DNA of 64,000 nucleotides from an uncultured Desulfobacter sp. (lineage in GTDB: Bacteria > Desulfobacterota > Desulfobacteria > Desulfobacterales > Desulfobacteraceae): contig OY762069.1 in NCBI GenBank assembly GCA_963665095.1, positions 1,056,001-1,120,000 on the forward strand. The letters are read 5' to 3'. Numbering within the stretch: position 1 is the first letter of the stretch; the number at the start of each line of letters is the position of its first letter. The notes under the pieces are model-generated. The model saw nothing but the letters and a program-made list of their open reading frames with translations, was not told where the DNA came from and searched no databases. The translations under genes were made by a program, and so were the position numbers. Positions 41,677 to 51,268 of the stretch are shown in pieces.

Positions 41677-42957
41677 GTGAGCGAAAATTATGCCCCCATG
41701 TGGGAAAGTTTAGGAATGGACCTTGGGGCGCATGACGCCCTGTTGAGCGTTTTGGGACAAGGTTATCAGGACATTTATCTGTCACAGAAGAATCGTCCAG
41801 AGGGTATGGGGTATTTTGATTTTGTCATGAGCGAGGTGCATGGTCTGCGCATTAAAGAACTTTTAGATGAAAAAAAGGAAAACCGTAAAATCGTTGGCTC
41901 CTATTGTGTGTTTGTTCCTGAAGAGCTTGTCCTGGCCAGCGGTGCGACTCTGGTTGGACTATGCTCCGGAGCGGACTTTGCCGTTGAAGAAGTGGAAAAA
42001 TTTCTGCCGCGAAACACCTGTTCATTAATTAAATCATCCTTTGGTTTTAAACTTGGAAAAGTCTGTCCATACCTTGAAAGTGCGGATATGATTGTAGGTG
42101 AAAACACCTGTGACGGAAAGAAAAAAGCCTATGAAACTATGGACACCATGGTGGATAACCTCTATGTCATGGATCTTCCCCAGGTAAAATCCGAACAGGG
42201 GCGGCAACTGCTCAAGGCAGAATATGAGCGGTTCAAAACAGCTGTGGAAGCACTGACCGGCAATAAAATCACTGTACCAGCGCTTAAAGAGGGAATTGCC
42301 GTGGTCAATGCCAAGAGGGCTGCCCTTCATCGGCTCGCGACACTGAGAAAGGCGGATCCGTCCCCCATCTCTGGCTTAGACGCGCTTCTTGCCAACCAGG
42401 TATTCTTTTATGACAATCCTGCCAGATTTACGGCGTCTGTTAATAAAATATGTGATGAACTTGAGGTACGCATCAAGGAAAATCAGGGCGTTGCCGCCGC
42501 AAAAACACCCAGAGTTCTTATTTCCGGCTGCCCCATGGCCGTTCCTAACTGGAAACTGCCTTTTATTGTCGAGACATCCGGTGCCGTGATTGTGGGTGAG
42601 GAGTCCTGTGTGGGCGAACGTGGCACCAGGCATCTGGTAGACGACTCAGGACAAACCATTGAAGCTATGATAGACGCTATTACTGATCGATATTTCAAAG
42701 TGGACTGCGCTATTTTCACACCGAATCCGGACCGGTGCGCCCACATTGTTGAAATGGTAAAAGCCTACAAAGCGGACGGTGTCATTCATTATGGTTTACA
42801 GTTTTGCCAGCCCTATATTATGGAATCCATGCCTGTGGAAAAGCAACTTGAAAAATTAGGTATTCCCTGTTTGAGGATTGAAACTGATTATGGTATGGAA
42901 GATGCCGGACAGCTTAAAACAAGAGTTGACGCATTTGTGGAACAAATTAGCGATTAG
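41677..42957 (+). CDS. Double-cubane-cluster reductase (DCCP-like; 2-hydroxyacyl-CoA dehydratase family)
   Basis: MWESLGMDL..HD, YFDFVMSEVHG, YCVFVPEE, NTCSLIKS, TCDGKKK, SGCP, EESCVG, QFCQPY; single subunit with Cys sets in both halves. Confidence 0.8.
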   Translation: MSENYAPMWESLGMDLGAHDALLSVLGQGYQDIYLSQKNRPEGMGYFDFVMSEVHGLRIKELLDEKKENRKIVGSYCVFVPEELVLASGATLVGLCSGADFAVEEVEKFLPRNTCSLIKSSFGFKLGKVCPYLESADMIVGENTCDGKKKAYETMDTMVDNLYVMDLPQVKSEQGRQLLKAEYERFKTAVEALTGNKITVPALKEGIAVVNAKRAALHRLATLRKADPSPISGLDALLANQVFFYDNPARFTASVNKICDELEVRIKENQGVAAAKTPRVLISGCPMAVPNWKLPFIVETSGAVIVGEESCVGERGTRHLVDDSGQTIEAMIDAITDRYFKVDCAIFTPNPDRCAHIVEMVKAYKADGVIHYGLQFCQPYIMESMPVEKQLEKLGIPCLRIETDYGMEDAGQLKTRVDAFVEQISD

Positions 42958-42966
42958 GCGGCATCT

Positions 42967-43719
42967 ATGATTTGTGCAGGTATTGATATTGGATCCAGAT
43001 CTATTGAGCTGGTATTGGTTGAAAATAGAAAGGTAATTGATACCAGACAGACTGATACCGGCTTTGATCCGATTTCCCAGGCAAAAACCATTTTAAAGGA
43101 CGTGGGCTATGATAAAATAATGGCCACGGGATATGGGCGCAACCTTTTTGAGATAGCGTTTGACCATACAGCGACTGTTACTGAAATAAAAGCTCATGCT
43201 GCCGGGGTCAGACTTCAATTCCCAGAGGTTCAGGCCATTCTGGATATTGGTGGCCAGGACAGTAAGGCCATCCGCCTGAATGACAAAGGTCGGGTCACGA
43301 AATTTGAGATGAATGACCGATGCGCTGCCGGGACCGGCAAATTTCTTGAAATCATGGCCCAGAACTTAGGCTTTTCCCTGAAAGAATTTGGACCGGCCGC
43401 AATGGCAGCGGAAAAAGACCTGCAGATTAACAGTATGTGCACTGTGTTTGCAGAATCGGAAGTGACTTCTCTGATTGCCAAGGGCCAGGATCGGCAGGAA
43501 ATTGCCAGAGGACTTCATTTAAGTGTGGTCAAAAGGGCCGTGGGAATGCTCAACCGTGTAGGCGGAGAAGGACCCATTGCCTTTTCAGGCGGGGTGGCTC
43601 AGAATCCGTGCATGGTCCAGATGGTGGCAAATGCTTTGGGCAGGGAGGTGCTGGTCCCTCTCAATCCACAAATGATGGGCGCCTTAGGAGCGGCCATGAT
43701 TATGTCTGAAAATCTGTGA
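42967..43719 (+). CDS. ATP-dependent activator (HgdC/BcrAD ASKHA; DCCP reductase-like)
   Basis: GIDIGS, ATGYGR, LDIGGQDSK, MNDRCAAGTG, SMCTVFAESE. Confidence 0.9.
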   Translation: MICAGIDIGSRSIELVLVENRKVIDTRQTDTGFDPISQAKTILKDVGYDKIMATGYGRNLFEIAFDHTATVTEIKAHAAGVRLQFPEVQAILDIGGQDSKAIRLNDKGRVTKFEMNDRCAAGTGKFLEIMAQNLGFSLKEFGPAAMAAEKDLQINSMCTVFAESEVTSLIAKGQDRQEIARGLHLSVVKRAVGMLNRVGGEGPIAFSGGVAQNPCMVQMVANALGREVLVPLNPQMMGALGAAMIMSENL

Positions 43720-43749
43720 ACCACACATAATTTCCCTTCTATGAAAATA

Positions 43750-43794
43750 GGGCAAAGTTTAGGCCAGGCATCCAAAAACGTCTAAACTTTGCTC
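43750..43794. terminator. Hairpin between convergent genes
   Basis: GGGCAAAGTTTAG...CTAAACTTTGCTC. Confidence 0.55.
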
Positions 43795-43820
43795 CCACTT
43801 CTCACTGCGTGTAAAAAAAG

Positions 43821-44582
43821 TCAGACTTGGCACCAGGTCCCCACCCGGGTGGAAAAAAACATTGCCTCATCGCAAAAAGAGAAGTAGCCCCAGATAAAGG
43901 GCTGATCCTTGGCATTGAAAAACAGATGCTCCAGTCGAAAGGTGGGAGTGCCTTCCAGGGTTTGAAAACAGGCGGCTTCTTCCTTTCCCATGGCCGCTAC
44001 TTTCAGTTTTAAAAGGCCCTTTTTGATGTTGCCTTTGCTATGTTCAAGTCCGCCTTTGCCGATACAGTCCAGAAAACCGCTGAAAGAGGCAATTGTCAGA
44101 TCCTCTCTTTCAATATGCTGTGTCGCGTCATACCGCAGAAACTGATGATGATAAATCAAAGGGGTTTTGCCCTGGGTCACCATCCGCTGTAGATGGATCA
44201 CCTTGTCCCCCTTACTGATGTGCAACTTTTTAATGACATATTCAGGGGCCGGCATAATCTCAAGATAGAGCAGTTTGACCTTGGCATCATCGGGATCTTT
44301 GAAAATGTCATGGATCTTGGCCAGATCAAAGCTGACCGTATCAAAATTAAAGGGTTTGACAATTGTTCCCTTGCCCTTGGTGGTCTCAACGACACCTTGT
44401 TCCACCAGAATACGGATGGCCCGCCGGATGGTAACGGAAGAGACATCATAGCGCTCTTTGAGCTTTGCCTCAGAGGGCAGCCAGCTCCCGGGTGGATATT
44501 TTCCGTCATCAATCTGGTGCCTTAAAATGTCTACCAGTTGAGAGTAAACCGGTTGATATGCTTTTTTATCAATTTCCCACAT
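43821..44582 (-). CDS. GntR family regulator, HutC/UTRA type
   Basis: PVYSQL, LPSE..L...YDVS..TIRRAI..LV..G; C-terminal UTRA-like domain. Confidence 0.88.
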   Translation of the reverse strand: MWEIDKKAYQPVYSQLVDILRHQIDDGKYPPGSWLPSEAKLKERYDVSSVTIRRAIRILVEQGVVETTKGKGTIVKPFNFDTVSFDLAKIHDIFKDPDDAKVKLLYLEIMPAPEYVIKKLHISKGDKVIHLQRMVTQGKTPLIYHHQFLRYDATQHIEREDLTIASFSGFLDCIGKGGLEHSKGNIKKGLLKLKVAAMGKEEAACFQTLEGTPTFRLEHLFFNAKDQPFIWGYFSFCDEAMFFSTRVGTWCQV

Positions 44583-44764
44583 AGGCAACAATTTTGGCAG
44601 TTATTTTTCCATTCACATTACTGTTTCAAATTCAAAGAGCCCTTCAAAACGAGCAAACTATAGTCAGGGCCGATGACGAAGTCAATGTTTTATTACCCTT
44701 AAACATCATGCTCAAACCACTTTAAAAAAGTTTCGCGAATACTAAAAAATACAATTGACAATAT

Positions 44765-44784
44765 AAACTTATTATAATAGGTTT
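44765..44784. promoter_or_regulatory. Near-perfect palindrome in the promoter of the cytochrome-metVF operon
   Basis: AAACTTATTA|TAATAGGTTT (9/10 symmetric) just downstream of TTGACA at 44755-44760. Confidence 0.55.
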
Positions 44785-44895
44785 TCAACTCTGTTTTTGT
44801 TCCCTGATTTGAACAAAAAAACGGTTTGAACTTAAAACCGGCACCAGTATCCGTGCCCCCTGAGCCATCCTGAATTTTTTCTAGGAGTGAATTGA

Positions 44896-45534
44896 ATGCC
44901 GTTGTATGATTTTTTAACCGGCCCTGTGATGTGGGTTACAGTTGCACTTTTTGTTTCAGGCATGGTTTATAAAGCCATTCGCTTAAGACAGCTTGCATCT
45001 TTAGTACGGCCGGCAAATGATTTTTTTAACCCCAATGCCAGCTTTAAAAGGTCCTTTAAGACCTCTCTTCCCGGGCGGTATCCTGTCACCACCATTGTCT
45101 CCATTGTATTTCATCTCATCCTTTTTGTGGTTCCCCTTTTCCTGAAAGGACATAACATCCTTCTGGATGCTTCTCTTGGCATCAGCCTTCCCATGATGCC
45201 GGATCACACCGCAGACAACCTGACCATGATATGCATTTGCTGCTGCCTGTTTTTTCTTTTAAGGCGCCTGCTGGTACGGCGGGTACGGGCTATCTCGTTT
45301 TTCAGCGACTACCTGATCCTTGCCATTGTTATCCTGCCTTTTTTAACTGGATTTATCGCCTATCACCGTCTTCTGCCCTATGATACCGTGTTGAATCTGC
45401 ACATCATCACAGGCCAGCTGATGCTGGTGGCAATGCCCTATACACGACTGGCTCATATGATTGTCTTTTTTATCATGCGGATGCCCCGCCCGACAGCACG
45501 GCTCAAATTGAAAGAAAGCAGAGGGACGGTTTAA
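44896..45534 (+). CDS. NarI/TmcC/HmcE-like di-heme b membrane subunit
   Basis: About five TM segments with His pairs FH...GH and LH...TRLAH. Confidence 0.8.
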   Translation: MPLYDFLTGPVMWVTVALFVSGMVYKAIRLRQLASLVRPANDFFNPNASFKRSFKTSLPGRYPVTTIVSIVFHLILFVVPLFLKGHNILLDASLGISLPMMPDHTADNLTMICICCCLFFLLRRLLVRRVRAISFFSDYLILAIVILPFLTGFIAYHRLLPYDTVLNLHIITGQLMLVAMPYTRLAHMIVFFIMRMPRPTARLKLKESRGTV

Positions 45535-45536
45535 TT

Positions 45537-46016
45537 ATGTGGTTTATCAACAACAAAATATCCGGGAATATCGCAGCGTATACACCGGAATCGATGACAG
45601 TGCCGAAAACGTCACCGAACCCTTCCGAAATCAAGGAGATGCTTAAACAAAACGCACCGCAGATCAAACTGTTTTTTTCTGCCTGTGCCCACTGTACCTA
45701 TTGTGCAGACACCTGTTTTCTGCAGAAAAACCACGAAGATGATCCAAGCTATATGCCCTCTTTTAAGGTGATTCACTCTGTGGGCAAGCTGTATAAGAAG
45801 AGAGGAAAGGTAACCAGAGAAGAGCTTGAAGAGATCCGGGATATTTTATGGGACAAATGTGCCTTGTGCACCCGGTGCGTGTGCCCGATCCAGCTCAATA
45901 TACCGGGATTGATAGCCCTTGGCAGGAATATCTGCCGGTCCCAGGGCGCAGCGCCAAAATTTGACGGTCCGGTTCCGTCAGTTGCATTGCCTTCCAGGAA
46001 AAGTGAGGTGGCCTGA
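45537..46016 (+). CDS. 2x[4Fe-4S] helical ferredoxin (HdrC / TmcB-HmcF N-terminal-like)
   Basis: CAHCTYCADTC and CALCTRCVCP; no CCG domain. Confidence 0.8.
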   Translation: MWFINNKISGNIAAYTPESMTVPKTSPNPSEIKEMLKQNAPQIKLFFSACAHCTYCADTCFLQKNHEDDPSYMPSFKVIHSVGKLYKKRGKVTREELEEIRDILWDKCALCTRCVCPIQLNIPGLIALGRNICRSQGAAPKFDGPVPSVALPSRKSEVA

Positions 46017-46432
46017 TGGATAAAAAAAGCAAAATTTCTGTTTTCAGACCGGGCTGGTCTATGACAAAGCGCATCATCCTTGCAGGCCTGACCGCAGGAA
46101 TTCTCCTGATCGCCGTTTGCGGTTACGGTAAGGATTTTTTCCCCAATCTTCTGGTGTCTAAAAATTCCAGTCTGCCATCAGCCCATTTCCCCCATGAAGA
46201 GCACATGGGTTTTCTGGATTGTCTGGACTGCCATCATGATTATAAAAACGGCAGCAACGAACTGGATGAAGAGGATCTTTATGAAGGCAATCCGGATATT
46301 CAATGCGGCTCCTGCCATAACGGGAAAAAATCGTTTTCTTTACTTCGTGCTTTTCACCGGCAGTGTATTCAGTGCCATGCAGCTGAAAAGCAGGGTCCTG
46401 TCGTATGTGGCGAATGCCATACCAAATCCTGA
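46016..46432 (+). CDS. Tetraheme cytochrome c3 (class III, TmcA-like)
   Basis: Signal/anchor segment; FPHEEH; CLDCH, CGSCH, CIQCH, CGECH. Confidence 0.9.
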   Translation: MDKKSKISVFRPGWSMTKRIILAGLTAGILLIAVCGYGKDFFPNLLVSKNSSLPSAHFPHEEHMGFLDCLDCHHDYKNGSNELDEEDLYEGNPDIQCGSCHNGKKSFSLLRAFHRQCIQCHAAEKQGPVVCGECHTKS

Positions 46433-46492
46433 CACCGCTTTGAGCCGACCCATTAAATAAATACTATCTGTTAAAAGGAAATAGACGTTTCA

Positions 46493-47161
46493 ATGATTAA
46501 AGCAAAACTAAAACCCATTGAAGAGATCCTGGCCCGAATCGCAGGATATAAACGGGTGCTGGTCGTCGGTTGCGGCGGCTGCGTATCCGTGTGTCTGGCA
46601 GGTGGCCAGCAGGAAGTTGAACAGTTGACCAATGCCCTGGATGAACAGTCCAGAAAAGAGTTATTGGGTCATGAAATCAGCGGCTGCACAGTGGAACGTC
46701 AGTGCAATGCCCAGTTTTTAAACGAACTGGATCTCATATATAAGGATTACCACTGTCTGCTTTCCATGGCCTGCGGGGCCGGCAACCAGCTGCTGGCGGA
46801 AAGATACCCTTTTATGCCGGTATTTCCGGCAGTCAACACCATGTTCATCGGCATTGACCGCGGGCCTGGATGGTATGAAGAAAAATGTCGGGCCTGCGGG
46901 TCCTGTGTTTTAGGGTACAGCGGCGGCATCTGCCCTGTGACCCGGTGTGCCAAAGGGCTTTATAACGGGCCCTGCGGCGGCACAGACAACGGCAAATGCG
47001 AAGTGGATAAAAATGTCCCCTGTGCCTGGTATGAGATTTATCACCGCTTAAAACAGCAGGACCGGCTGGCTGATATGCTTGACATCAAGCCCCCGCCACA
47101 ATGGAAGAACACGGTACAACAGACATTGGTTCAGCCCGGATGTGCTGGACCATCTTATTAA
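46493..47161 (+). CDS. metV: Methylenetetrahydrofolate reductase Fe-S subunit MetV
   Basis: GCGGCVSVC, ERQC, MACGAG, CRACGSC..GGICPVTRCAKGLYNGPCGG. Confidence 0.9.
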   Translation: MIKAKLKPIEEILARIAGYKRVLVVGCGGCVSVCLAGGQQEVEQLTNALDEQSRKELLGHEISGCTVERQCNAQFLNELDLIYKDYHCLLSMACGAGNQLLAERYPFMPVFPAVNTMFIGIDRGPGWYEEKCRACGSCVLGYSGGICPVTRCAKGLYNGPCGGTDNGKCEVDKNVPCAWYEIYHRLKQQDRLADMLDIKPPPQWKNTVQQTLVQPGCAGPSY

Positions 47162-47280
47162 CCCGGCAGTCTGCAGGACAGGGTTTCTTTCAAAAGCCAT
47201 GCGGTTGAATACCATCTTACCCTGAGAACCGAATATACTGTAATGTCCATATTTTTTATTTTGAAAGTTAAAGAAGCATC

Positions 47281-48186
47281 ATGTCTAACACCTTAAAAGA
47301 GAAACTTGACTCCGGCCAGTTTGCAGTTACCGCGGAATTAGGTCCGCCCCAGGGCACGGATGTTGAACATATCAGAGAACGGGCATCCCATCTGAAAGGC
47401 ATTGTGGACGGGGTCAACATCACGGATAATCCGTCGGGTACCGTCAGGATGTCCAGCCTGTCCACCGCATTGATTGCTGCCCAGGAAGGCCTTGAACCCA
47501 TCTGGCAGATGACCTGCCGGGACCGCAACCGCATTGCCATGCAAAGTGAAATTTTGGGTGCCAGTGCCCTTGGCATTAAAAACCTGCTCTGTCTGTCCGG
47601 GGATCACACCACCTCGGGGAACCAGCCGGGTGCCAAAGCGGTTTACGATATTGACTCCATCCAGATGGTGGGTATGGCCGTTCGCATGCGGGATCAGCAC
47701 CTTTTTTTAACCAATGAAAAGCCTTTTACCGGCAATGTGGACCTCTTTGTGGGAGCTGCTGCCAACCCCTTTGCAGAACCTTTGGAGTTCAGGCCCTGGC
47801 GGTTGAAAAAAAAGGTGGATGCTGGAGCAGACTTTATCCAGACCCAGTGCATTTATGATATGGATCTGTTTAAAAAATGGCTGAAACAGGTCCGGGATTT
47901 AGGCGCGGATCAGTCCTGCCATATCCTTGCCGGTATTATCCCCTTAAAATCCTTAGGCATGGCAAAATTTATGGCCGGCAAGGTGGCAGGGGTTGTCATT
48001 CCCGATGCAGTCGTCAAACGAATGGCAGGGGTTCCCAAAAAGGACGGGGCCAAAGAGGGCATTAAAATCTGCTGTGAACAGATCCAGGAGTTAAAGGAGA
48101 TGAAAGGGATTCACGGGCTGCATCTCATGGCCATTGGATGGGAACACCGGGTTGAAGAAATTCTTGTCCAGGCCGGTCTTCGCTGA
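47281..48186 (+). CDS. metF: Methylenetetrahydrofolate reductase MetF
   Basis: VTAELGPP, NITDN, QMTCRDRNR, LSGD, KKVDAGADFIQTQ, HLM. Confidence 0.92.
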   Translation: MSNTLKEKLDSGQFAVTAELGPPQGTDVEHIRERASHLKGIVDGVNITDNPSGTVRMSSLSTALIAAQEGLEPIWQMTCRDRNRIAMQSEILGASALGIKNLLCLSGDHTTSGNQPGAKAVYDIDSIQMVGMAVRMRDQHLFLTNEKPFTGNVDLFVGAAANPFAEPLEFRPWRLKKKVDAGADFIQTQCIYDMDLFKKWLKQVRDLGADQSCHILAGIIPLKSLGMAKFMAGKVAGVVIPDAVVKRMAGVPKKDGAKEGIKICCEQIQELKEMKGIHGLHLMAIGWEHRVEEILVQAGLR

Positions 48187-48203
48187 TAAAACTTAATAAA
48201 GCC

Positions 48204-48253
48204 TACAAAAAAGCCTTCCGGAGTTAAATATAACTTTGGAAGGCTTTTTTGTA
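48204..48253. terminator. Bidirectional terminator
   Basis: TACAAAAAAGCCTTCC...GGAAGGCTTTTTTGTA between convergent metF and MFS. Confidence 0.85.
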
Positions 48254-48280
48254 TTAACAGTGCTGATATGTCTGTCTGAA

Positions 48281-49444
48281 TCAGGACTGCTGCACCGGTT
48301 CTGGAGACGGTTTGATTCTTAAGACGGCAATAACCACTGCCGTTGCAAGGCCGATGACCAGTCCCGCCATCAGCGGGAACCGGACATCAGGGTTCCCGGA
48401 CATCTTTGCCAGAAACGCCATATAATAAGGAGACGCAAACAGCCCGATATTGGATGTTGCCATGAAAATACCCGTGGCCATGGCTACACCTGCCGGCGAT
48501 ACTTTCATACCCAGTTCCATTATACAAGCAGGAAAAAGGGTAAACAGTCCAATGCCGCACACCCCGATGCCGCAACCCAGCATAACCAGACTGCCGGCAA
48601 AATTTGCAATGCCAAGCCCAAGGCCGATGCCAGCCATTCCAAGCGCAATGGTAAACCGCCCTGCTGTTTTAAAAACTATACCGAAAACAGCACCACCTAC
48701 CATTCCTCCAACTGTAAACATGGCAAGTACGGCACCGGTACTGGCTGCGGTCCCCAGTTTGGCATTAATAATGATGGTGGACATATTTAAAAGAACCGGC
48801 CCGTTTACCATCTGTGCAAAAGCAGATAATATTGCCAGAATAAAAACGATCATGGGCATTTTTGCCTTTTCACCGGATTCTGCAACCGGAGCTTTTTCAG
48901 GTTCCGGCAGAAAGAATATCAAAAAAACCAAAGCGATAATCCCCACAAGATGCGCCAGAAAGGAATACTGCCAGGCAATGGCACACAAAAAAGCGCCCAG
49001 CATCTGCAGAGAGATACCGCCGATATTCGCTGCGACATTGGCAACCCCCATCATATTAGCGCGTTTCTGTCCTTCATAAAATTTCAGCACCAGGGCGTTT
49101 CCCATGGGAAAAAGGATACCGAAACCAACGCCTACGAACATCCTTGTCACAAGAATCATGGTGAAGTTATCCATGAAATAGGGCATGGCCCCCCCGATGG
49201 TGAAAAACAACATACCAATAATAAGAACTGGCCGGTATCCGAATTTTTCAGCAATGGGGCCTACCACAAAGGAACTCGGGATCATGGCCAGAGAGGGCAT
49301 CGTGGAAATCATCATGATCGTGGTAAAAGGGACATCGGGAAACGCCTGGGCAAGGTTCTGAATCGCCGGCGTCATAATGCCCATACCCATCTGAATAAAA
49401 AATATCGATAGTACGGAAATAGTTGCAAAAATATTTAAACCCAT
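48281..49444 (-). CDS. MFS transporter
   Basis: 12 hydrophobic segments, GPIAEKFGYR motif A; AAGGAG RBS. Confidence 0.88.
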   Translation of the reverse strand: MGLNIFATISVLSIFFIQMGMGIMTPAIQNLAQAFPDVPFTTIMMISTMPSLAMIPSSFVVGPIAEKFGYRPVLIIGMLFFTIGGAMPYFMDNFTMILVTRMFVGVGFGILFPMGNALVLKFYEGQKRANMMGVANVAANIGGISLQMLGAFLCAIAWQYSFLAHLVGIIALVFLIFFLPEPEKAPVAESGEKAKMPMIVFILAILSAFAQMVNGPVLLNMSTIIINAKLGTAASTGAVLAMFTVGGMVGGAVFGIVFKTAGRFTIALGMAGIGLGLGIANFAGSLVMLGCGIGVCGIGLFTLFPACIMELGMKVSPAGVAMATGIFMATSNIGLFASPYYMAFLAKMSGNPDVRFPLMAGLVIGLATAVVIAVLRIKPSPEPVQQS

Positions 49445-49486
49445 TGTCTCTCTCCTTTTGTGTTACGTGATTTGATTAACAGATAT

Positions 49487-49502
49487 ATTCCTATAGAGGA
49501 CT
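49487..49502. promoter_or_regulatory. Operator copy upstream of MFS gene
   Basis: ATTCCTATAGAGGACT, 14/16 match to the palindrome at 51172. Confidence 0.6.
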
Positions 49503-49564
49503 AACTGTAAGGGTCTTTACCCCGAGGATAGTGGAAAGTCAAGCATATTTACTCAACACGATTA

Positions 49565-49597
49565 AGATGGCAGGATTTTAAAGCGATTCTGCCATCT
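49565..49597 (-). terminator. Hairpin downstream of UroD-like gene
   Basis: AGATGGCAGGAT...ATTCTGCCATCT. Confidence 0.5.
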
Positions 49598-49621
49598 ACA
49601 ATGAATGGGTTTTAAGATGTT

Positions 49622-51019
49622 TTAGTAGGTTCCGAATTTCCGGGCACTATTAAGAAAGGTATGGATATTTTCCGGATTTGCCTGGTCTATAACGGCACCG
49701 GGGAAAAGAAAAAATCCGCCGCCAGGCGCGCAGGTTTCAATCAGATCTTTACAGTACGATTCCAGCATCTCCTGGCTGCCCTGTTTGAATAAGGAGGCTG
49801 GAACATTCCCGGCAATACAGGCCCAGGGACCGATGAGAGCTTTGGCCACGGCCATGTCAATCTGGCTGAATATCCAAATTGAGCGCCCTTTTGGCAAAGG
49901 ATCAGCCGCGATTATCTCCAGGCGCTTGTCATGGGCGCCTTCCAGAAACAGCATGGGGATACATCCCTGGTCAATCAATCCCTGAAGCGTGGCTCTGAGA
50001 GAGGGCCAGTAAAAAGTTTTAAACTGGTCCCGGGATAAAAAAATATCCGCGCCCTTATGCAGGGGCATATAAATAAAAGGATTCCCTGTTGTCTCAGCCG
50101 CCTGGACACCGATCTGTACCGCCATGGGAACAAGGGACTCCATGGCAGCCAGCACCTTTTCCGGACACCGGTAGAGGTCTTTCATAATTCCCATGGTACA
50201 GCGCATGGTATCCCCTATAAAATCAAACGGGGCAAAAGAGTATCCTTTAAAAATTGAGGGCACACCAAACGTCTCAACAAGCCTGGAAGAGGCTGAGTCG
50301 ACCAACGATGCAGTCTCATGGGCCTTGTCGGCAGCATCTAAAAGGGTATCAATGGCTTTTCTGGCCAGGGTACCCTTTCCAAGAGCGGCAAGGGTCCCTG
50401 TATACCCCACAAGCTCTTTAAAATTAAAAATATTCGGCAGCGTTTTTAACCCTGCAATCTCCGGAAAAATCCGGGGCAGATATTTACGAAGCAAAAACCC
50501 CTCCGGCTGCCAGATCAGCTCATCATATTCATCCTGCCTCATGTATTCATCTTCTATATACTGATAGGAGATACTGTCGGGAAGTGCCTGCCCGGACCTG
50601 CGGGAGCCGGGCCAGCGAACAAGTCTCGACCCTAAAATATCCAGCATGGGGCCTGAATACAGCCCCGGCAGTACAAAGTAATCAAGCTCAAACTCCTGGT
50701 GAAGCCGGGTGGTGGCAACAAGCACCTTGTCAGGATCATAAAATGCATCCCTGGGCTGAACGCCGCCATAGCCAAGGATATAGCCAATGGTCATCAGATG
50801 CACCGGCACCTGATCCGGCTCTTTCAAGGCCAACACATCAAGGACACGCCCGGCTCTTTTTCTGTATCTGCCAACGACTTTCTGATCAGCGCAATGATCA
50901 ATCAGGCCAAGCCATCGCTTGCTGTAAAAATCAAATCTCTCCTCTCCTGTCATACCCTTCCAGTTGTCAGGAAGAGGATGCGTGCCGGATAAAGATCCAT
51001 TTTTATTTTCATCTCTCAT
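49622..51019 (-). CDS. UroD/MtaA-fold putative substrate:corrinoid methyltransferase (long form)
   Basis: LKEPDQVP, EYMRQDEYDEL, APFDFIGDTMR, MPLHKG, ACIAGNVP, CAPGGGF. Confidence 0.75.
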   Translation of the reverse strand: MRDENKNGSLSGTHPLPDNWKGMTGEERFDFYSKRWLGLIDHCADQKVVGRYRKRAGRVLDVLALKEPDQVPVHLMTIGYILGYGGVQPRDAFYDPDKVLVATTRLHQEFELDYFVLPGLYSGPMLDILGSRLVRWPGSRRSGQALPDSISYQYIEDEYMRQDEYDELIWQPEGFLLRKYLPRIFPEIAGLKTLPNIFNFKELVGYTGTLAALGKGTLARKAIDTLLDAADKAHETASLVDSASSRLVETFGVPSIFKGYSFAPFDFIGDTMRCTMGIMKDLYRCPEKVLAAMESLVPMAVQIGVQAAETTGNPFIYMPLHKGADIFLSRDQFKTFYWPSLRATLQGLIDQGCIPMLFLEGAHDKRLEIIAADPLPKGRSIWIFSQIDMAVAKALIGPWACIAGNVPASLFKQGSQEMLESYCKDLIETCAPGGGFFLFPGAVIDQANPENIHTFLNSARKFGTY

Positions 51020-51171
51020 TGGGGTTGTCCTAGCGGATAAAGAGTCAACTGCTTTTTTGCTACTGGCTTCAGGTACTGGATCAATATCATATTATAAATT
51101 CGGGTCAATATCTTTCAAATAAAAACAAAAAATTTATTGACTTTTGATTCGAAATGGTAATATTTTATTCA

Positions 51172-51187
51172 AGTCCTATATAGGACT
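51172..51187. promoter_or_regulatory. Perfect 16-bp palindromic operator (HutC/GntR-like GT-N4-TA-N4-AC)
   Basis: AGTCCTATATAGGACT in a divergent intergenic region, downstream of a TTGACT -35 element. Confidence 0.7.
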
Positions 51188-51268
51188 ATAATTATTAACC
51201 TGGCTTTAAGGCAGCTGAAAAAACGTCCTTAAAGGAACTTGATTAGTATAACAACTAAAGAGGTGGTC

